From NCBI GenBank assembly GCA_944359885.1, contig CALVTC010000001.1, positions 1 to 57,320 of the forward strand: 57,320 bases of DNA, given 5' to 3'. Made by a program: the position numbers and the translations under genes. The number at the start of each line of letters is the position of its first letter. Position 1 is the first letter of the stretch. Shown here piece after piece: positions 53,994 to 57,320 of this stretch. The DNA comes from an uncultured Bacilli bacterium (lineage in GTDB: Bacteria > Bacillota_I > Bacilli_A > RF39 > UBA660). The notes under the pieces are model-generated. The model was not told where the DNA came from. It saw nothing but the letters and a program-made list of their open reading frames with translations, and searched no databases.

Positions 53994-53996
53994 ATA

Positions 53997-55034
53997 TCAA
54001 TTCCTTTCGTTATAGAATTCTATTATTTTTTTGTATAAATATTCCACTTCTTTTAAGGAATCGATTTTTATATATTCGTTTTTTTGATGAGATGTGTCTG
54101 GTCCTGGACCTAATATAATAAAGTTTTTATTGATATAAGATGCTTCTGTCAGATAACATTTTGTTTGTTTTTTATGAGAAATTTTTTCTAAAAATGAAAT
54201 ATCTTGTGAATTAATTCTTGGTGGTATTTTTTGTTTGATTTCTAGTGTTGCTTGTTTTGTTTTTAATAGAATTTTTATTTTCTTAAGGATTGATTTTAGA
54301 TGGTTTTCTTTTGCAATTCTAAAATCGATTGAGATTTCACATTTCCCAGCAACGGAATTTACAGATTCCCCTCCTTGAATCATACCGATATTCATTGTTG
54401 TATATGGGATTTCAAAGTCTTGTACAATGTTTTGTTTTAATGTATTTTCATAATATAATTTAATTTTATTAATAAAATCGATACATTCATAAATAGCACT
54501 TTTTCCTTTTTCTGGTGTAGAAGAGTGACATTTGGTGCCATAGAAGGTAATTTTTAATTCTAATACTCCCTTGGTTCCATAGATTGGAATGTTGCTGGTA
54601 GGTTCTCCTATAATAATATTTTCTGGAATTATTTCATCTCTAATAGTTTTAATTCCTTCAAAACTAGTTTCTTCATCGTTTGTAAAATATAATGATAGTT
54701 TGTTTTTGTCTAGGTCTAGTTTAGATATTGTTGATAGCATAGCTGCTAGTCCGCCTTTCATGTCACATGCACCTAAACCGATTAGTTTATCGTCTATTTC
54801 TTGTAATGTAAACGGATCATTATCCCAGGATTCATATGGTACTGTATCGGTATGACCAAGAAAAGCAATATTTGGATGGCATCCGTTTGTTGCAATTAAG
54901 CATTTTTTTATTCTCTTTGTCTGAAAACCATATTCTTTTAGATAATTTTCTATAAAATCTAGTATTTCTTTATTTTCTTTATCTTTAATTGTATTATAAC
55001 TTACTAATTTTCTTAAAATTTCTTTTGATTCCAT
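53997..55034 (-). CDS. M20-family metallopeptidase (ArgE/DapE-like deacylase)
   Basis: FLGHTDTVP, GLGACDMKGG, NDEETS, GEPT. Confidence 0.8.
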   Translation of the reverse strand: MESKEILRKLVSYNTIKDKENKEILDFIENYLKEYGFQTKRIKKCLIATNGCHPNIAFLGHTDTVPYESWDNDPFTLQEIDDKLIGLGACDMKGGLAAMLSTISKLDLDKNKLSLYFTNDEETSFEGIKTIRDEIIPENIIIGEPTSNIPIYGTKGVLELKITFYGTKCHSSTPEKGKSAIYECIDFINKIKLYYENTLKQNIVQDFEIPYTTMNIGMIQGGESVNSVAGKCEISIDFRIAKENHLKSILKKIKILLKTKQATLEIKQKIPPRINSQDISFLEKISHKKQTKCYLTEASYINKNFIILGPGPDTSHQKNEYIKIDSLKEVEYLYKKIIEFYNERN

Positions 55035-55053
55035 TTTTCCTCTCCTTTTTCTA

Positions 55054-55295
55054 GAAAAAAAGAATACAAGTTTTTCAACCTGTATTCTTTATTTTTATTT
55101 CATACAGGTATAAGCAACGCAAAAATCACTTATACCTGTTTTCTATTTTTAGAAAATTGTATAAGTGTTACCCATATGAAGACGCCATGCATTCATTTTA
55201 TTTATGTTCATATAAATAACTTCCCTTCTATTTATTTTATGCAATCATCTAGGATTGATGAGTTTATCGTAACATTTTTCTTTTTCGTTAGTCAA
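55054..55295 (-). promoter_or_regulatory. leader region of the M20 gene: promoter, 20-codon leader ORF, anti-antiterminator hairpin, intrinsic terminator
   Basis: Minus strand: TTGACT (55295-55290), 18 nt, TACGAT (55271-55266). sORF at 55211-55149 (MNINKMNAWRLHMGNTYTIF). 11-bp hairpin at 55139-55129 / 55114-55104. Terminator at 55088-55079 / 55070-55061 followed by UUUUUUU, ending about 20 nt before the start codon. Confidence 0.5.
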
Positions 55296-55328
55296 GATAG
55301 ATTTATTTACAAGTTTTAATTATATTTA

Positions 55329-56408
55329 CTATTCTCCTATATAATTAACACATTCTAATTCTCCGTCTGTCATAAGACAATCTGGTGTAGAAACATATGG
55401 AGTGTAAACACTAATTCCAGTGTTACCATTTTTAGTATCACTTAGTATAATTGCTGGATAAACATTCTGTCCACTTTGAGTTTCAGCTACTCCTTGACCA
55501 AAGTTATAATTATCTACTCTAAAATACTTGCTTACTCCATCTACTGTTGCGGTGCCATCTTGATTTAAAATAATTTCACGACATACGGATGCGTTAAAGC
55601 ATGCTTCATATTTGCCATATTGTAAGGTATAATTTCCTACTTTTATACTAGTAGTGCTTGTTGTGTTTTCTTCTTCGTTTGTTGCAGAGTTTACTTCCAT
55701 ATTTTTTATACTATCTTCAACAGTTTTCTTTACTTCATCTGTTATTAACTCTTCTTGTTTTTTATAATCGTTTAAATTTTTTCGAAAAGTATTTTTATCT
55801 TCAGTAAACTTAAAAAAGGTTTCTTCTACATTTGGATCAATAAATAATTTATCCTTATTTTCTTCTGTGGCATTATCTAATTTTATTACTCCATTTTCAT
55901 TTGCTTTATAGAAAACTTGTCCAAAATCATCTTTATTTTCGTATTCTGCCCAACTTTGTAATAAGCTTTCTAATAATGCATATTGTTCCTCATCATCCAA
56001 AATTCCTACTGTGTAATAAGCATACTCTTTTTTGTCATTGTTATATAAAAACATTACTTTTGGACATTCATCATATGAAAGACTGCCTAGAAATATAACC
56101 TCATTATCTTTTATATAATAATAGTGTAAATTTGAGTTACTATCTTCTTCATCTGTTCGCTTTTGTTCTACATACATGATAGGAATATCACTGATTTTTG
56201 AATCTAGAAATCCAACATTACCTATTTCAATTGGATTTAATTCTTTCAAATTTTTTAAATAATAAAAATATCTATCTTTCCAATCTTTTATTTCTAATTT
56301 ATTTTGTTCTTCATGAGTTCTATGTGTAATACTGATTCCTAATCCTATAATTCCTAATATAATAATTAATGCAACTACTGTAATAATAATTAATTTTTTC
56401 TTTTTCAT
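55329..56408 (-). CDS. hypothetical N-terminally anchored extracellular protein
   Basis: 359-aa ORF with a KKKKLIIITVVALIIILGIIGLGI anchor. No family recognised. Confidence 0.45.
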   Translation of the reverse strand: MKKKKLIIITVVALIIILGIIGLGISITHRTHEEQNKLEIKDWKDRYFYYLKNLKELNPIEIGNVGFLDSKISDIPIMYVEQKRTDEEDSNSNLHYYYIKDNEVIFLGSLSYDECPKVMFLYNNDKKEYAYYTVGILDDEEQYALLESLLQSWAEYENKDDFGQVFYKANENGVIKLDNATEENKDKLFIDPNVEETFFKFTEDKNTFRKNLNDYKKQEELITDEVKKTVEDSIKNMEVNSATNEEENTTSTTSIKVGNYTLQYGKYEACFNASVCREIILNQDGTATVDGVSKYFRVDNYNFGQGVAETQSGQNVYPAIILSDTKNGNTGISVYTPYVSTPDCLMTDGELECVNYIGE

Positions 56409-56429
56409 ATATTTTCTCCTTGATAAGTA

Positions 56430-56996
56430 TTATTTTAATAATTTTGAATTACTAAATATAGGATAATATTTAGTTTCATCATTAAATTTTATCTTCTCAA
56501 ATGATATAGTTACATTATAATAATTATTGCTATTTGTATCTAATACCAATATGTTATAATCTTCACCAGTTTTATTATAATCGCTGAATTGCCAGGTATC
56601 ATATGTACACGTTCCGTTATAATTTTCGATATTTTTAGCGTCTGAAGTCCAGTTTTCAGAAGTATAACCTGTTATAATTGGTTTTTCTTCAAATTCTTTA
56701 TCACATAATGCCGCAACAGTATATTGATCTATTTCTTTTTCTTTTAATCTATCTGTTATTTTATAAAGCGCTAAACTAAAATAACCGTTCTCATCTGCTT
56801 CCTCTTTTAATTCTTCTACCGTATTATTAAGTATGTCCACTAATTCTTGATTATCTTCTTTTACGTTCGAAGTATCTTTTTCTTCGCTATTTACGTTTTC
56901 TTTAGAATTGTTTTCGACATTTACTTTATCATTACCGCATCCTGTTAATCCTATAAATATTATTCCGCAAAATAATATACCCAATATTTTTTTCAT
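56430..56996 (-). CDS. putative lipoprotein
   Basis: Lipobox LTGC after MKKILGILFCGIIFIG. Start set at the ATG after GAGGAG (the ORF track starts at 57014). Confidence 0.65.
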   Translation of the reverse strand: MKKILGILFCGIIFIGLTGCGNDKVNVENNSKENVNSEEKDTSNVKEDNQELVDILNNTVEELKEEADENGYFSLALYKITDRLKEKEIDQYTVAALCDKEFEEKPIITGYTSENWTSDAKNIENYNGTCTYDTWQFSDYNKTGEDYNILVLDTNSNNYYNVTISFEKIKFNDETKYYPIFSNSKLLK

Positions 56997-57014
56997 TTTA
57001 CTCCTCACTTTCAT

Positions 57015-57320
57015 AATACATTATACTATACTTCGAAGAAAAAATATATAATTCTATCATATTCTATTTTTTGTTTATAAGCTCAAACGCATTTTCTTTA
57101 TTTGCTTTTTTATGTTACATATATCTTTTTATATAAATCTTTATTCCTTCAAACATGATGTTATAACTGACATTGTAATCTCTATCATGATAACTTCCAC
57201 ATTCTGGACATATCCAACTTCTAACACTTAACTCTTTTACTTCCTCATTTTTATATCCACACCGACTGCACTTCTGACTGCTTGGATAAAAACTGTCTAT
57301 TTTGATATATTTCTTTCCAT
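57015..57320 (-). mobile_element. right end of an IS200/IS605-family element (tnpB 3' end plus the expected omega-RNA/RE region)
   Basis: Inferred from the tnpB fragment. The boundary was not determined, and no RE hairpin was confidently identified in 57015-57114. Confidence 0.4.
57115..57320 (-). CDS. tnpB: TnpB (IS200/IS605-family OrfB, RNA-guided nuclease), C-terminal fragment cut by the window edge
   Basis: Minus-strand translation is ...KIDSFYPSSQKCSRCGYKNEEVKELSVRSWICPECGSYHDRDYNVSYNIMFEGI...*. It has the CxxC...CxxC zinc ribbon plus the RuvC-III DRDxN motif. Confidence 0.8.
   Translation of the reverse strand, partial: GKKYIKIDSFYPSSQKCSRCGYKNEEVKELSVRSWICPECGSYHDRDYNVSYNIMFEGIKIYIKRYM

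Noticed and set aside
55149-55211. Interpretation of the leader ORF as an amino-acid-sensing (trp/his-type) leader peptide.
   Set aside because: It has no tandem run of any regulatory codon (single W, H and R; scattered N and M). Only the generic ribosome-position attenuation model is retained.

Overview
This is a 57.3-kb chromosomal window from a very AT-rich (about 30% GC by eye), endospore-forming Firmicute. Sporulation genes present are spoIIGA-sigE, spoIIM, spoIVB, a GerA-family receptor and a DUF1540 protein; the overall gene content looks Erysipelotrichales/Clostridia-like. Most of the window is housekeeping: alaS, holA, xerD, deoB, mnmA, xseAB, nusB, mutS, murC, queH, zupT, a MarR plus ABC-exporter pair, and two rarA paralogues. 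I saw no rRNA genes, tRNA genes or CRISPR arrays. Coding polarity flips from mostly + (183-22318) to mostly - (22420-57320). A strong dif-like XerCD site lies at 23026-23053, about 2 kb from xerD, so the window probably spans the replication terminus. The most interesting locus is 8.7-11.7 kb. There, a perfect 24-bp inverted-repeat pair brackets 267 bp of promoter-like DNA directly upstream of a large secreted vWA protein, which fits an invertible phase-variation switch. The last ~130 nt of that gene's C-terminal domain are adenine-depleted, rich in NNC codons and 58% GC. That is the signature of a diversity-generating-retroelement (DGR) variable region, but no template repeat or reverse transcriptase is present in this window. 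Other notable items, in window order: (1) a ~1170-aa thioester (TQxA) and Cna-B-repeat adhesin with a non-canonical sorting motif, translationally coupled to a thymidine-kinase homologue with degenerate catalytic motifs; (2) an Ala T-box controlling two nucleotide-kinase-like genes plus alaS; (3) a helix-turn-helix (HTH) plus membrane-protein cassette next to dif; (4) an N-terminally truncated, probably inactive Y-family polymerase behind an SOS-like box; (5) a PfkB-kinase/SIS fusion; (6) a leader-ORF and terminator attenuator upstream of an M20 peptidase; (7) a partial TnpB at the right edge. All family assignments come from motif recall, not from database searches.
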